Part shown: positions 41,297-51,206 of the stretch, in pieces
Layout: every line of letters starts with the position of its first letter
How positions within the stretch are numbered: the first letter of the stretch is position 1
NCBI RefSeq assembly: GCF_965237845.1
Contig: NZ_OZ250154.1
Span: 195,121-259,120 of the forward strand
Origin: Candidatus Spongiihabitans sp.
GTDB taxonomy: Bacteria; Pseudomonadota; Gammaproteobacteria; Arenicellales; Poriferihabitantaceae
Direction: 5' to 3'
Length of the DNA: 64,000 nt
Translations under genes and position numbers: made by a program
The notes under the pieces: generated by a model
What the model was told of the DNA's origin: nothing
Database searches by the model: none
What the model saw: only the letters and a program-made list of their open reading frames with translations

Positions 41297-42263
41297 CTAA
41301 ACCTTCCACGATATCCGTGGTTGGCTTGAAATTAAAATGCTCGCTCATTCGCTGCATATCGGCGCTGGTCGCCTCCACATCCCCGGCCTGCATGGGCATC
41401 ATTTGGTATTGCGCTTTTATCCCTAATGCCTGTTCAAGGGCGTGAATATAGTCCATTAAATTAACCTGACTGCCGTTGCCGATGTTAAAAATCCGGTGCC
41501 GCGCAACGCTGCTTTCTGGGGTTGGGTTGGAGCGGTCGAAGTCGGGGTCTGCACTGGCTGGCAGGTCGATCACTCGCACGACGCCTTCGACAACATCGTC
41601 GATATAGGTAAAGTCTCTGGTCAGTTTTCCGTTATTGAATATCGGTATTTTTTCTCCGTTCAGCATCAATCGAGTGAACTTGAAAAACGCCATATCTGGT
41701 CGTCCCCAAGGACCATAAACGGTAAAAAACCGCAGTCCAGTACAAGGTAAATCGTATAAATGCGCATAACTATGCGCCATTAATTCATTGGCTTTTTTGG
41801 TCGCGCCGTAAAGCGATACAGGATGGTCAACCGAGTGGTTTTCTTTAAACGGCAGTTTGCTGTTGCCACCATAGACCGAGCTGCTGGAGGCATACACCAG
41901 ATGCCCGGCCTTGCCCTGCCGACATCCTTCCAATATGTTTGCAAAACCAACCAGATTTGAGTCGATATATGCCGCCGGGTTTTCTATTGAGTACCGCACC
42001 CCGGCCTGGGCGGCCAGGTTAGCGACCGCGTCAAACTGATGTGCCGCAAATAAATCATGCATCGCACCGCGGTCAGCAATATCCAGTTGCAAAAATGAAA
42101 AATTGTTGTTTAACGATAAATTATTCAGGCGCGCCTGTTTCAGACTGACATCGTAATAGTCACTCATGTTATCGATCGCAACAACCGTGTCTCCGCGCTC
42201 AAGCAGTCGGCAACCCAGTGCCGCGCCGATAAATCCGGCTCCCCCGGTAATCAGTATTTTCAT
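41250..42263 (-). CDS. NAD-dependent epimerase (UDP-glucuronate / UDP-GlcNAcA 4-epimerase-like)
   Basis: 337 aa, [13 protein letters not shown]...[11 protein letters not shown]...SSSVYG...YGATKKANE. Confidence 0.8.
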   Translation of the reverse strand: MKILITGGAGFIGAALGCRLLERGDTVVAIDNMSDYYDVSLKQARLNNLSLNNNFSFLQLDIADRGAMHDLFAAHQFDAVANLAAQAGVRYSIENPAAYIDSNLVGFANILEGCRQGKAGHLVYASSSSVYGGNSKLPFKENHSVDHPVSLYGATKKANELMAHSYAHLYDLPCTGLRFFTVYGPWGRPDMAFFKFTRLMLNGEKIPIFNNGKLTRDFTYIDDVVEGVVRVIDLPASADPDFDRSNPTPESSVARHRIFNIGNGSQVNLMDYIHALEQALGIKAQYQMMPMQAGDVEATSADMQRMSEHFNFKPTTDIVEGLGEFTAWYKDYYKIKD

Positions 42264-42307
42264 TTGCTTGATTTTAACTCAGGCAAGCGGATTCTGGTTG
42301 CCATTAA

Positions 42308-45300
42308 TTACTGCTGCGCTAATACGATTTGCCAACTATCGTCTCTGAGGGTTCGGTTCACCTGAAACCGGTGGTCAAGCTTGCTTGCCACCTCGGCAGC
42401 GGGTTTTTCTTGTGGGCTAGATAATTCCAGTGCCAGGGTTTCGGTCATTATATATTTACGGTGCTGTTGCAATGCTTCCAGGACTCGGGCGGTGCCGGTG
42501 ATTTCGAGCGCAATGCGATCCGAGATTTCCAGACCGGCGGATTTACGCGCGTCTTGCACAGTGCGCACCAGTTCGCGTGCCAAGCCTTCGATAATCAAGG
42601 CATGGTCAAGAGACGTATCCAAAGCAACCAGACAACCGTCGGCGCTACTTGAGACATAGCCTTCAGCCGATGTGGTTTGCACCTGGATATCTTCAGGCTC
42701 AAATTCTATGCATCGTCCATCAATTTCAAGTTCAACATTCCGGTTCTGCTGCACCTGCCTGGCAATTACGGCACTGTCTGCGCTTGCCAGCGCGGCTTTG
42801 ATGGCGGGCATGAGTTTTCCGTGGCGCCGGCCCAATCGGGGGAAGTTTGGAGCGACTGTGAAGCTTACCACTTCGGCGTCGGATTCAATGAACTCCACCG
42901 TCTTGACATTCAACTCTTCACGGATTTGGTGAATATGCTTGTGTGCAGCACGCTTCATGGATTTACCCTGCAGGCACTTCGCATCGGTAACGCATACCAG
43001 GATACGAGACAATGGTTGACGCACTCTGACTCGGCTTTGTTCGCGAGCAGAACGCCCCAATCCAACGATGGTTTGCACAACATCCATCTCGAACACCAAT
43101 GCATCGTTAAGACGGACCGGATCAAATTCTGGCCATGGTGTCAGGTGCACACTTGGTTTTGCCTGGTCATCGCACTTGCACAGATTTTGATAAATCGCCT
43201 CGCTCAGGAAAGGCATAAAGGGCGCGACGATACGTTGCGCTATATTCAAGCACTCGTACAGGGTCAGGTAAGCCGATTGTTTGTCATCGCCGTCATCGCT
43301 CTTCCAGAATCGCCGGCGATTTCTTCGCACATACCAGTTGCTAAGCTGGTCTATCAGTTTCTCGATAGCCTGCCCGGCAGCAAAAGCATCGTAGTTGTCC
43401 AACGTTTCTGTTACGGTTTTTACGGTTTGATGTGCCAGGGCTAAAATCCATTGATCGATTTCCGGTCGGGAATCGCAGGCAACCTCTCTTTTCAGGTCAA
43501 CCGAATCCAGCCGCGCATAAAGCACGAAAAACGAATAGGTATTCCAAAGCGTGTTAACGAAGGTGGCGGCGACTTCTCTGACAATATCTATCGATATTCT
43601 TTTTTGCGCGTCCGGCGCGGTGCGCGCCAGAAACAACCAACGCAATGCATCCACGCCGACGCTGTCAAAAACATCATATGGATTAACGATATTTCCCTGC
43701 GACTTTGACATCTTCCTGCCGTGTTCGTCAACAATATGGCTAAGGCAAACACAGTTTTTGTATGCCACGCTGTCATCAACCAAGGCAGCAATGGCGTGCA
43801 GCGTATAAAACCATCCGCGGGTTTGGTCAATTGCCTCACAAATATAATCGGCCGGGAAATGCTTCTCGAATATTTCCTGATTCTCAAACGGGTAATGCCA
43901 CTGCGCGTAGGTCATGGCGCCGGAATCAAACCAGCAATCAATCACTTCCGGTACCCGGCAGTACTCGCGCCCCTTTTTTGTAAATTTTATCTGATCGATT
44001 TGAGGGCGGTGTAAATCCACATCGGTTAGCGATTGGCCGGTTAGCGTCTCTAATTCCTGTACTGAGCCAACGCAAACAAAATCGCCTTCTCCGTCGCTCC
44101 ACAGCGGCAGTGGCGTACCCCAAAAACGCTCCCGGGACAGCGCCCAATCGATATTGTTTTCCAGCCAGTTTCCAAAACGCCCATCGCGAATAGTTTCGGG
44201 AACCCAGTTTATGGTTTTGTTAAGGGCAACCATTCGCTCTTTAATAGCGGTGGTTTTGATATACCAGGCTTCCTTGGCGTAGTAGATCAGCGGATCGCCG
44301 GTGCGCCAACCGAAAGGGTAGCTGTGCCAGGTTTTTTCTTCGCGAAACATCAAGCCGCGTTCGGTTAGCAGCTTGTTGATAATCGGGTCGGCGTTCTTGA
44401 AAAATAATCCGGCAACCGGCGTAACTTCTGCCACAAAGCAACCGTCCAGGCCGACGCCGTGAAGCACGGGCAAGCCTTCGCGTTCAGCCAATTCCAGGTC
44501 ATCGACGCCGTAGGCAGGCGCAGTGTGAACGATGCCGGTGCCCTCTTCGGTGCTAACGAAATCCGCGGCAACCACACGGAAGCAGTCATCAGATTCCACC
44601 GTCAAGTAATCAAAAAGACGGTGATAGCGCCTGCCGACCAGCGCCGAGCCTTTCACGGTTTTTACGATTTCATATGACGCTTCAGCAAAATATGCCTGCG
44701 CTCGGGACTGTGCCAGAACGAGCGTTTCATTATTGCAGCGAACATAGGCGTAGTCGATGTCAGAACCAACGGCAACCAGCAGATTGGATGGCAGTGTCCA
44801 GGGTGTCGTGGTCCAGACTAAAAGCGCAGCAGGCCCCTCATTTTCCATGCCGTCTTCCAGGAGAAAGCGCACCGTAATTGAAGGATCTTCAACTTCCTTG
44901 TAGCCCTGCGCCACTTCGTGGGATGACAGCGTGGCGCCAATTCGCGGATCATATGGCACCACTTTATAGCCTTTGTATATCAAACCCTGGTCCCAAATTC
45001 GCTTTAACAAATTCCAGGTTGACTCGATGTATTGGTTGTCCAGCGTATAGTAGGCTTGGTCGAGGTTCACCCAATATCCCATGCGCCGCGTCATCTGCTC
45101 CCATTCGCCGATGTAAGTCATTACCGATTCCCGACAACGCCGGTTAAATTCAGCAACGCCGACCCGGCGTTCGATTTCTTTCTTGTCAAAAATGCCGAGT
45201 TGCTTTTCTATTTCATGCTCCACCGGCAACCCGTGGGTATCCCAGCCGCCCTTGCGCGGCGCATAGTAGCCGCGCATGGTTTTGTAGCGGGGATAAATGT

Positions 45301-45529
45301 CCTTGAACGCGCGCGCCAGCACATGATGGATTCCCGGCTTGCCATTTGCGGTGGGCGGGCCTTCGTTGAAACTAAACCGTGGTTTGTCCGCGCTTTGCTC
45401 AAGGGATTTTTCAAAAATCGAATGCTCTTCCCAAAACCTGAGTATGCGCTGTTCCAGTTCCGGCCCGTTGTAGCGGCCTTGCACTTCATCAAAAACCGGC
45501 GCTTCAACAATGTTTTTTTCGTCAGACAT
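42308..45529 (-). CDS. ileS: Isoleucine--tRNA ligase, type 2 (long, eukaryote/actinobacterial-like form)
   Basis: 1073 aa with FNEGPPTANGKPGIHHVLAR and KMSKSQGN. The length and N-terminal signature fit IleS2 rather than the roughly 940-aa IleS1. Confidence 0.9.
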   Translation of the reverse strand: MSDEKNIVEAPVFDEVQGRYNGPELEQRILRFWEEHSIFEKSLEQSADKPRFSFNEGPPTANGKPGIHHVLARAFKDIYPRYKTMRGYYAPRKGGWDTHGLPVEHEIEKQLGIFDKKEIERRVGVAEFNRRCRESVMTYIGEWEQMTRRMGYWVNLDQAYYTLDNQYIESTWNLLKRIWDQGLIYKGYKVVPYDPRIGATLSSHEVAQGYKEVEDPSITVRFLLEDGMENEGPAALLVWTTTPWTLPSNLLVAVGSDIDYAYVRCNNETLVLAQSRAQAYFAEASYEIVKTVKGSALVGRRYHRLFDYLTVESDDCFRVVAADFVSTEEGTGIVHTAPAYGVDDLELAEREGLPVLHGVGLDGCFVAEVTPVAGLFFKNADPIINKLLTERGLMFREEKTWHSYPFGWRTGDPLIYYAKEAWYIKTTAIKERMVALNKTINWVPETIRDGRFGNWLENNIDWALSRERFWGTPLPLWSDGEGDFVCVGSVQELETLTGQSLTDVDLHRPQIDQIKFTKKGREYCRVPEVIDCWFDSGAMTYAQWHYPFENQEIFEKHFPADYICEAIDQTRGWFYTLHAIAALVDDSVAYKNCVCLSHIVDEHGRKMSKSQGNIVNPYDVFDSVGVDALRWLFLARTAPDAQKRISIDIVREVAATFVNTLWNTYSFFVLYARLDSVDLKREVACDSRPEIDQWILALAHQTVKTVTETLDNYDAFAAGQAIEKLIDQLSNWYVRRNRRRFWKSDDGDDKQSAYLTLYECLNIAQRIVAPFMPFLSEAIYQNLCKCDDQAKPSVHLTPWPEFDPVRLNDALVFEMDVVQTIVGLGRSAREQSRVRVRQPLSRILVCVTDAKCLQGKSMKRAAHKHIHQIREELNVKTVEFIESDAEVVSFTVAPNFPRLGRRHGKLMPAIKAALASADSAVIARQVQQNRNVELEIDGRCIEFEPEDIQVQTTSAEGYVSSSADGCLVALDTSLDHALIIEGLARELVRTVQDARKSAGLEISDRIALEITGTARVLEALQQHRKYIMTETLALELSSPQEKPAAEVASKLDHRFQVNRTLRDDSWQIVLAQQ

Positions 45530-45679
45530 GAATCAAATACTTTTCTTTATCCAAACTTCAATACTGCCTGATATTTAATCCCTCTGGCACCTTTTTGCAC
45601 TCGATATGGGAATGTCCCTTGGTGCCTTAAAGCAGGCAGGAAATGAGAACCGGCTGGGCGGGGGATTTAGCCAAAACGG

Positions 45680-46540
45680 TCATTGCGAAACGAGTTGCTC
45701 GATCAAACGTCGATGTTGCGGTTTGATGTGCATGCGCTCGTGAAAGGGCTTCTTCTTATGGCATACGCAACAAAGCGGTTCTAAGTTGTTCGACTCATTG
45801 TTGCCACGGTTGCCATCTATATGGTGGACATGGAGCAGGTTGTGGTGGTCTGACAAATCAACGAGGCAGTCTTTGCATTTCCAGTTTGCTCTAATACGCA
45901 AGTCCTCAGATATGCGTGCCCAATCTGATGTGTAATTGCCCTCTGGAAAATTGTCTGGGTTGTAGAGCGGACGGCATTGGAAAACGGGCTCATAATTCTT
46001 GAAGAACAATTGGATGTCGAAATCGTTCTGAATCAACTTTCGCTCTGAAAGTGTCTTTTCTTCAAAACCGTCATAGTTCAGAAACTTTAGACAGTTCTGA
46101 CATGGGGCGAGTTTGGATATCATTTCGTCCCCCCTCGTCTGTGTTTCACGATCCCAAGGCTCAACCCGGAAATCACCATCTGCCTCAGCAGTGGAGACAT
46201 ATCGATCGAAACGGCCTCTCTGCCGCATTTCATTAAGCGTCAGACAATCAGCAACGTGGTATCGGGGCGCAGAGGTAGGAATTTGCTGTAAGTCGTCAAG
46301 GGACACAAAAGGCTGGAAAATGTGAAGAGTAATTTGTGTATTTCCAATGGCGGCAATACCAGCAGGGAAACGCAAAACCTCATCTAGTTCCTCTCCAGAC
46401 AAAATCAGGGAACCCTGCTCCAAAATTGTAATTTCAATTGGACTGCGACCCGTGATTCTAATGTTATCGACTTTAGCTTTCGAAGCGTTGATGGACTCCA
46501 TAGCCCGTTCAAGGCGCTGAAAATTGATGTCCAGTTTCAT
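45680..46540 (-). CDS. zorE: ZorE-like HNH endonuclease (type II Zorya effector)
   Basis: 286 aa with a C-terminal HNH motif, HVHHIDGNRGNNESNNLEPLCCVCHKK. Its start overlaps the zorB stop. Confidence 0.7.
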   Translation of the reverse strand: MKLDINFQRLERAMESINASKAKVDNIRITGRSPIEITILEQGSLILSGEELDEVLRFPAGIAAIGNTQITLHIFQPFVSLDDLQQIPTSAPRYHVADCLTLNEMRQRGRFDRYVSTAEADGDFRVEPWDRETQTRGDEMISKLAPCQNCLKFLNYDGFEEKTLSERKLIQNDFDIQLFFKNYEPVFQCRPLYNPDNFPEGNYTSDWARISEDLRIRANWKCKDCLVDLSDHHNLLHVHHIDGNRGNNESNNLEPLCCVCHKKKPFHERMHIKPQHRRLIEQLVSQ

Positions 46541-47286
46541 CAGATCCTCTTCTCGATTGCAGGTGCTACCCTGTCCAAAATCTGAAACATCGCCTCTTTC
46601 GTCTTGGTTCGGATCGTAAATTCAACGCGACGAGACCGCTTTTTGTTCTCGATATTATCCTTAATTATCAATTGAGCAGAGGAGAGACCATTCGCGCTAA
46701 CAGTTTTCCTCATCCACGGATTGAGAGGCTTCAGATCCAGAATATCCATTGAAAATCTCAGAACCGTTCGCGTCCGCTCTTGCGACAGTCCCATATTTCG
46801 AATGAATGCTTCGGTTGCACTCACGCTGCTTGACCACTCTGATGATGTATGCCCTTCAATTCTGACCTCTTTAATTTCATCGATGAAATTGTCGTGAAGC
46901 AACTTGATGTAACGAGGCATAAAATCAAGAAGTATTTCCTGAAATCGTTGTTCCAGATCGGATCTTCCTGCATGGAAAAGAACCTCGGGAGAGAGAAACC
47001 GAATGGTCAGTGTCTCTTTCTCAATTTCGGCATTCCATTTTGGCAAGTCATCTTCAAATTCGTTTTTCAAGGCGAAGTAGATAGCGAGCTCGGAATCCTG
47101 CCACTCGGTCACAATCTCGGTGACGTTTTTCGCCCGCTGATTTGCATCTTTAGCGTAAATAACCGCGATAAGAAGGAAGATCATCATCAAGCCAGCCATT
47201 AAATCTGAGACTGAAATCCAGCTGTCCTTATCGTCCCCTTGTGGTGACGAGAAGATATTATTCATTGCGGTTGGACTTTTTCCCAA
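46540..47286 (-). CDS. zorB: ZorB-like MotB/OmpA-family stator protein
   Basis: TM helix with the conserved Asp (SVSDLMAGLMMIFLL). OmpA-like C-terminus (IRIEGHTSSEW...LSQERTRTV...RRVEFTIR). The real start is probably the ATG at 47265, overlapping the zorA end. Confidence 0.75.
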   Translation of the reverse strand: MGKSPTAMNNIFSSPQGDDKDSWISVSDLMAGLMMIFLLIAVIYAKDANQRAKNVTEIVTEWQDSELAIYFALKNEFEDDLPKWNAEIEKETLTIRFLSPEVLFHAGRSDLEQRFQEILLDFMPRYIKLLHDNFIDEIKEVRIEGHTSSEWSSSVSATEAFIRNMGLSQERTRTVLRFSMDILDLKPLNPWMRKTVSANGLSSAQLIIKDNIENKKRSRRVEFTIRTKTKEAMFQILDRVAPAIEKRI

Positions 47287-48838
47287 TTTCTACAATCCGA
47301 CGGGTCGCATCCAAAAGCGGCGTATAGTCAGCAACGAATTTCTCGGTAATCCCGGACAAACTCTCAGCCATTGCGCGAATCACACTCTCAATTTCATCTT
47401 GCATCGCCTCGTCAAGTTGGACTATGGTTTCGTTCATTTGGCTAGTGGCATTCGAAATTGTCTCGTTGAAAGATGTTTGAAGACCACCAAGCATTTCGCG
47501 TTGAACGGTTCTCTGATCAGCAATTGTCGTTTCTAGATGTTCTGTTATTCCGGCAGAAGCATTTGTCACAGATGCGGATAGTTCTTGAGAAATTTTGATG
47601 ACTTCCGCATGAAGATATTGGCCAGCAGTTGATAGCTCTGAAACGAGATCCTTGCTTATTTGATCAACGTCGCTTTGAAGACTGAGAGTTGTCTCGGATG
47701 TCGTGGAACGTAATTCCTCGAAACCTTGTAACAATTTCTCGTTAGATTCTTTTTGTAGAGAGACCAGGCTTTCACAATTTGCAGCAATCTCTTTCACGAC
47801 ACCTGTTTGATGCTCAACTGTAGAGCTTAGATTAACTGTGATGTCTTCAATATTTTTCTCTATTTCAGGAAACGCATGGATCGCTTTATCTCTCATCTCT
47901 GCGAAACCACCCAAAGACTCCTCTATTTTCTCGATTTGAGAATTTAGGGCGCTGTTAGCTTGTTCCATTTTGGTCAAGTGATCTGGTAACTTTGACGCAG
48001 ACACTTCGATGTCCCCGAGTGCTTTTTTGCTCTCCTGGATGCCTTCAACTGCGTTGTCTAGGGCGATTTTAAGTTCTGACATTTGTTGTCTATATTCATC
48101 TTGCCAATCGACAAGACGGCCAACAGCTACATTGAGTTGCTTGAAGTTCTCTCCAAACTGCTCAGAAAGTGTTTCATTGAACTCTCGAATTACGGCTTGA
48201 AGTTCTTCTATAATGGCCTTGGAAAAAGCTTCTGACATATGCTCGGCAAAGACTTTAAACTCTTTGACCTGATCCTCAAATCCGTGGCGGGTAGTGCTCT
48301 CAAGGTCGCCGACGTTAGTGCGTAATCTTTGTAGTTGGCCGACAATGCTACTGTCTTTGTCATCAGTTAGAGCGTTTCGTAGATTCTCAAAACCCGCGCT
48401 ATTTGCTTCTGCCGCCTTATTGATTGAAGCATCAAGTTGAATCAGCTGATCAACAATGTCTTTCGCGGACGCATCCTCTCTGCCTACGCTCTCCCGGGTA
48501 ATTACAGGGCTGACCAAACGGAAGGAAACCGCCGCGAATAGACCGAGAATAGAAGTTCCAAATGCAACCTTAAGTCCCTCTAAGAGCATGGGAACAGATC
48601 GGTTGATAGTCCGGATGTCGAAATCCAGGAGGCCAAGAAAGATGCCGACAAATGTGCCTAGGATGCCTAGAGAAGTCAGGGTGCCGGGTGCATTTGATAC
48701 CAGCGCCCTTATCTTTGTGTTGGTGGAGTTAACCAGGAGTAAGGCAAATACAAAGTAAACAGCTATGACTATTGAGAATAATTGGCTGAAGTCATTCGCC
48801 CACAATGCAACAAGCATCCTTCCAATCGAATCAAACAT
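47258..48838 (-). CDS. zorA: ZorA-like MotA/ExbB-family channel protein with a long helical tail
   Basis: 526 aa. N-terminal TM helices with LGILGTFVGIFLGL and LKVAFGTSILGLF (MotA/ExbB signature), followed by about 400 aa of heptad-like, charged helical sequence. Confidence 0.75.
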   Translation of the reverse strand: MFDSIGRMLVALWANDFSQLFSIVIAVYFVFALLLVNSTNTKIRALVSNAPGTLTSLGILGTFVGIFLGLLDFDIRTINRSVPMLLEGLKVAFGTSILGLFAAVSFRLVSPVITRESVGREDASAKDIVDQLIQLDASINKAAEANSAGFENLRNALTDDKDSSIVGQLQRLRTNVGDLESTTRHGFEDQVKEFKVFAEHMSEAFSKAIIEELQAVIREFNETLSEQFGENFKQLNVAVGRLVDWQDEYRQQMSELKIALDNAVEGIQESKKALGDIEVSASKLPDHLTKMEQANSALNSQIEKIEESLGGFAEMRDKAIHAFPEIEKNIEDITVNLSSTVEHQTGVVKEIAANCESLVSLQKESNEKLLQGFEELRSTTSETTLSLQSDVDQISKDLVSELSTAGQYLHAEVIKISQELSASVTNASAGITEHLETTIADQRTVQREMLGGLQTSFNETISNATSQMNETIVQLDEAMQDEIESVIRAMAESLSGITEKFVADYTPLLDATRRIVEIGKKSNRNE

Positions 48839-48945
48839 CTACACCGCCCATTATAAGTTATAAATAGTATACATTAACTGTCCTGACTCAACCCTATCGA
48901 CCTCATGATGGGATTGTCCGGGCTCAGAGACATACGAGACTATAG

Positions 48946-49059
48946 GGCGGGATATCCAACTCAATTTCCCCAATATCAATGCAATTTCGCGGTTGCCCGC
49001 ACCACACCCGATACGATTAACGCATGGCCATCCCGCTCAGCATGCCTGCGGTATGGGCG
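48946..49059 (-). pseudogene. Orphan copy of the 3' end of the rhomboid protease gene plus about 30 bp downstream
   Basis: Aligns to 55591-55704 at roughly 80-85 percent identity by eye. It encodes ...ALIVSGVVRATAKLH versus ...ALIVSGVVRVTAKLH. Confidence 0.8.
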
Positions 49060-49096
49060 CATCTGGCGGCGGGCGGTTTTTTCGCCGGGTAAATTT

Positions 49097-49798
49097 TTAT
49101 TTCTTGCGCGGCGGCGCGTAGGCGCCGATTTTGCTGGTGGAAAGCCCGGCGCCGACAATCGCCTCGCACATTTTCAGCGCACAGACAACGCCGTCTATCA
49201 CCGGAACGCCGCATTTTTGTGTCAGTTCCGTCGCCAAATCGGCCATGCCGGCGCATCCTAAAATCACCGCTTCGCAACGGTCCTCGGCGATGGCGCGCCG
49301 CGTCTCTTGTTCAATTTTTTTCGCCGCTGCGCCGCTGTCTTCCTGCTCCAGAGCCAGCACCGGTATTTCCGCCGCGCGCACGTTCTTGCACAGATGCGCC
49401 ATGCCGTAGCGTCGCGCGGCCTGTTCAATAATCGGTGTGGAACGCCCCAGCGTGGTCACTACGGAAAACGACGTCGCCAAAGTCGCCGCGATGTGCATCG
49501 CCGCCTCGCAAATGCCCAGCACCGGGCCGGTCACAATCTCCCGGCAGGCGCCCAGCCCCGGGTCGTCAAAACAAGCGACGACATAAGCGTCCGCGCCCCA
49601 CCTTTGAGCCTTTTTTATCTCGCGCAGCAAGCCGGCTAGAGATGCCGCTTCGTCGTAGTGCCCCTCAATGCTGGGCGGTGCGTCTGCCGGGTTCGCCGCT
49701 AAAATTTCCGTGCCGGGCGCGGCGGCTTTGCGCGCCGCCTGCCGCACTTTGTCAGTCATTGACGCGGTGGAATTCGGGTTAATAAGGGCTATTTTCAT
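49097..49798 (-). CDS. Asp/Glu/hydantoin racemase family protein
   Basis: 233 aa, MKIALINPNST...VVACFDDPGL...ILGCAGM pattern (two catalytic Cys regions). GC-rich. Confidence 0.75.
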   Translation of the reverse strand: MKIALINPNSTASMTDKVRQAARKAAAPGTEILAANPADAPPSIEGHYDEAASLAGLLREIKKAQRWGADAYVVACFDDPGLGACREIVTGPVLGICEAAMHIAATLATSFSVVTTLGRSTPIIEQAARRYGMAHLCKNVRAAEIPVLALEQEDSGAAAKKIEQETRRAIAEDRCEAVILGCAGMADLATELTQKCGVPVIDGVVCALKMCEAIVGAGLSTSKIGAYAPPRKK

Positions 49799-50406
49799 GC
49801 CGTGTCTCCTCCGAGATATAATTTGCGAATGCGATCATCGTTCTGCAGATCCGCCGAATTGCCGCTGATAACAATCTCGCCGGTTGTCAGCGCGTAAGTC
49901 CGGTGGGAAATTCTCATCGCCATGCGCGAGTTTTGTTCCACCAAAATCACCGATACATGATCATCCCGATTGATGGCGACAATGGAACGGGCGATACTTT
50001 GCACAAGTTTGGGCGCGATCCCTAAAGACGGCTCGTCCAGCAGCAGCACTTTCGGACGCGACATCAGTGCTCGTCCGATAACCATCATTTGTTGCTCGCC
50101 GCCGCTCAGCGTCGATGCCGACTGGTGAAACCGCTCCCTCAGCCGCGGAAATTTTTCCAGCACTTTGTGCAGATCTTCGGCGATTCCCGCCTTGTCCTTG
50201 CGTGTAAACGCGCCCATCAACAGATTATCTTTCACACTCATATACGGAAACACGTGCCGCCCCTCCGGGGCCATGGAAATGCCGGCGCCGTTCGCGCCGA
50301 TGAGGGCGATTGTCTCGCCCTCGTCCAGATGCAAAGACACATCGCGCAGGGCATGGACGTGGTCGTAAAACAGCGACACGTTTTTTAGGGACAGCAATTC
50401 AGACAT
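49795..50406 (-). CDS. livF: LivF-type ABC ATPase with an internal in-frame deletion removing the Walker A lysine (probably inactive)
   Basis: LIGANGAGISMAPEGRHVF. In E. coli LivF about 37 residues (KTTLL...AIV) lie between GANGAG and PEGR. The signature LSGGEQQ and Walker B LLLLDEPS are retained. Confidence 0.7.
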   Translation of the reverse strand: MSELLSLKNVSLFYDHVHALRDVSLHLDEGETIALIGANGAGISMAPEGRHVFPYMSVKDNLLMGAFTRKDKAGIAEDLHKVLEKFPRLRERFHQSASTLSGGEQQMMVIGRALMSRPKVLLLDEPSLGIAPKLVQSIARSIVAINRDDHVSVILVEQNSRMAMRISHRTYALTTGEIVISGNSADLQNDDRIRKLYLGGDTA

Positions 50407-50408
50407 GC

Positions 50409-51188
50409 TTAGATCCCGGTCTCGTCGTCTTCCGCGCCGAGATACGCCTCTATCACTTTCGGATTTTCCTGAATTTCGGCCGGTGCGCCTTCGGCGATTT
50501 TCTCGCCGAAGTTCAACACGACAATGCGGTCGGAAATGCTCATCACCGCCCGCATGTCGTGTTCCACCAGCAACACGGTCACGCCGCGGTTGCGCACCTC
50601 GCGCACCATGTTCAAAGCCCGTCCGGTCTCGTCGTGGTTCATCCCGGCAAAAGGCTCGTCCAATAGCAGCACCGATGGATTCGTGGCCAAGCCGATGGCG
50701 ATGCCCAAGGCGCGCAGATGCCCGTGTGGCAGCGTGCTGGCGATTTCGTTTTTAATGCTGTCCAAGCCCAAAAAATCCAAAATCCCGTCGGCGGATTCGC
50801 CGAACGCGGCCTCGTCCTTGGATGCTCGCCGCGAGTGCAGATAAAAACCCAGCAAACTCGCCTGGGAGCGCAGATGATGCGCGATAATCACATTGTCGCG
50901 CGCCGTCATGTTGCGGAATATCGTCGTCTCTTGAAAAGTACGCACCACTCCCATCCGCGCGACAGTATGTGGCTTCAAGCCGGAAATCCGCCTGCCGCGC
51001 AACAGCACTTCGCCTCGCGTCGGGCGCAAAAAAGAGGAGATGAGCTTAAATAACGTGGATTTGCCGGCGCCATTCGGGCCGATAACGGACAATATCTCGC
51101 CCTCCAGTGTGTGAAAACTGACGTTATTTACCGCCAGCAATCCGCCAAAGCGGCGCGTTAATCCCCTGATTTCCAGCAATTCGGGCAT
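50409..51188 (-). CDS. livG: LivG-type branched-chain amino acid ABC transporter ATPase
   Basis: 259 aa with GPNGAGKST, LPHGHLRALGIA and LLLLDEPFAGM. Confidence 0.85.
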   Translation of the reverse strand: MPELLEIRGLTRRFGGLLAVNNVSFHTLEGEILSVIGPNGAGKSTLFKLISSFLRPTRGEVLLRGRRISGLKPHTVARMGVVRTFQETTIFRNMTARDNVIIAHHLRSQASLLGFYLHSRRASKDEAAFGESADGILDFLGLDSIKNEIASTLPHGHLRALGIAIGLATNPSVLLLDEPFAGMNHDETGRALNMVREVRNRGVTVLLVEHDMRAVMSISDRIVVLNFGEKIAEGAPAEIQENPKVIEAYLGAEDDETGI

Positions 51189-51206
51189 GCTCTGTTTTCC
51201 TTGTGG

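Noticed and set aside
42381-45571. Many plus-strand ORFs of 60-255 aa (for example 42677-43444 and 45032-45571) antisense to ileS.
   Set aside because: They lie entirely inside a strongly supported, conserved 1073-aa gene on the other strand. Their translations are low-complexity or Arg/Ser-rich with no motifs. They are typical shadow ORFs.
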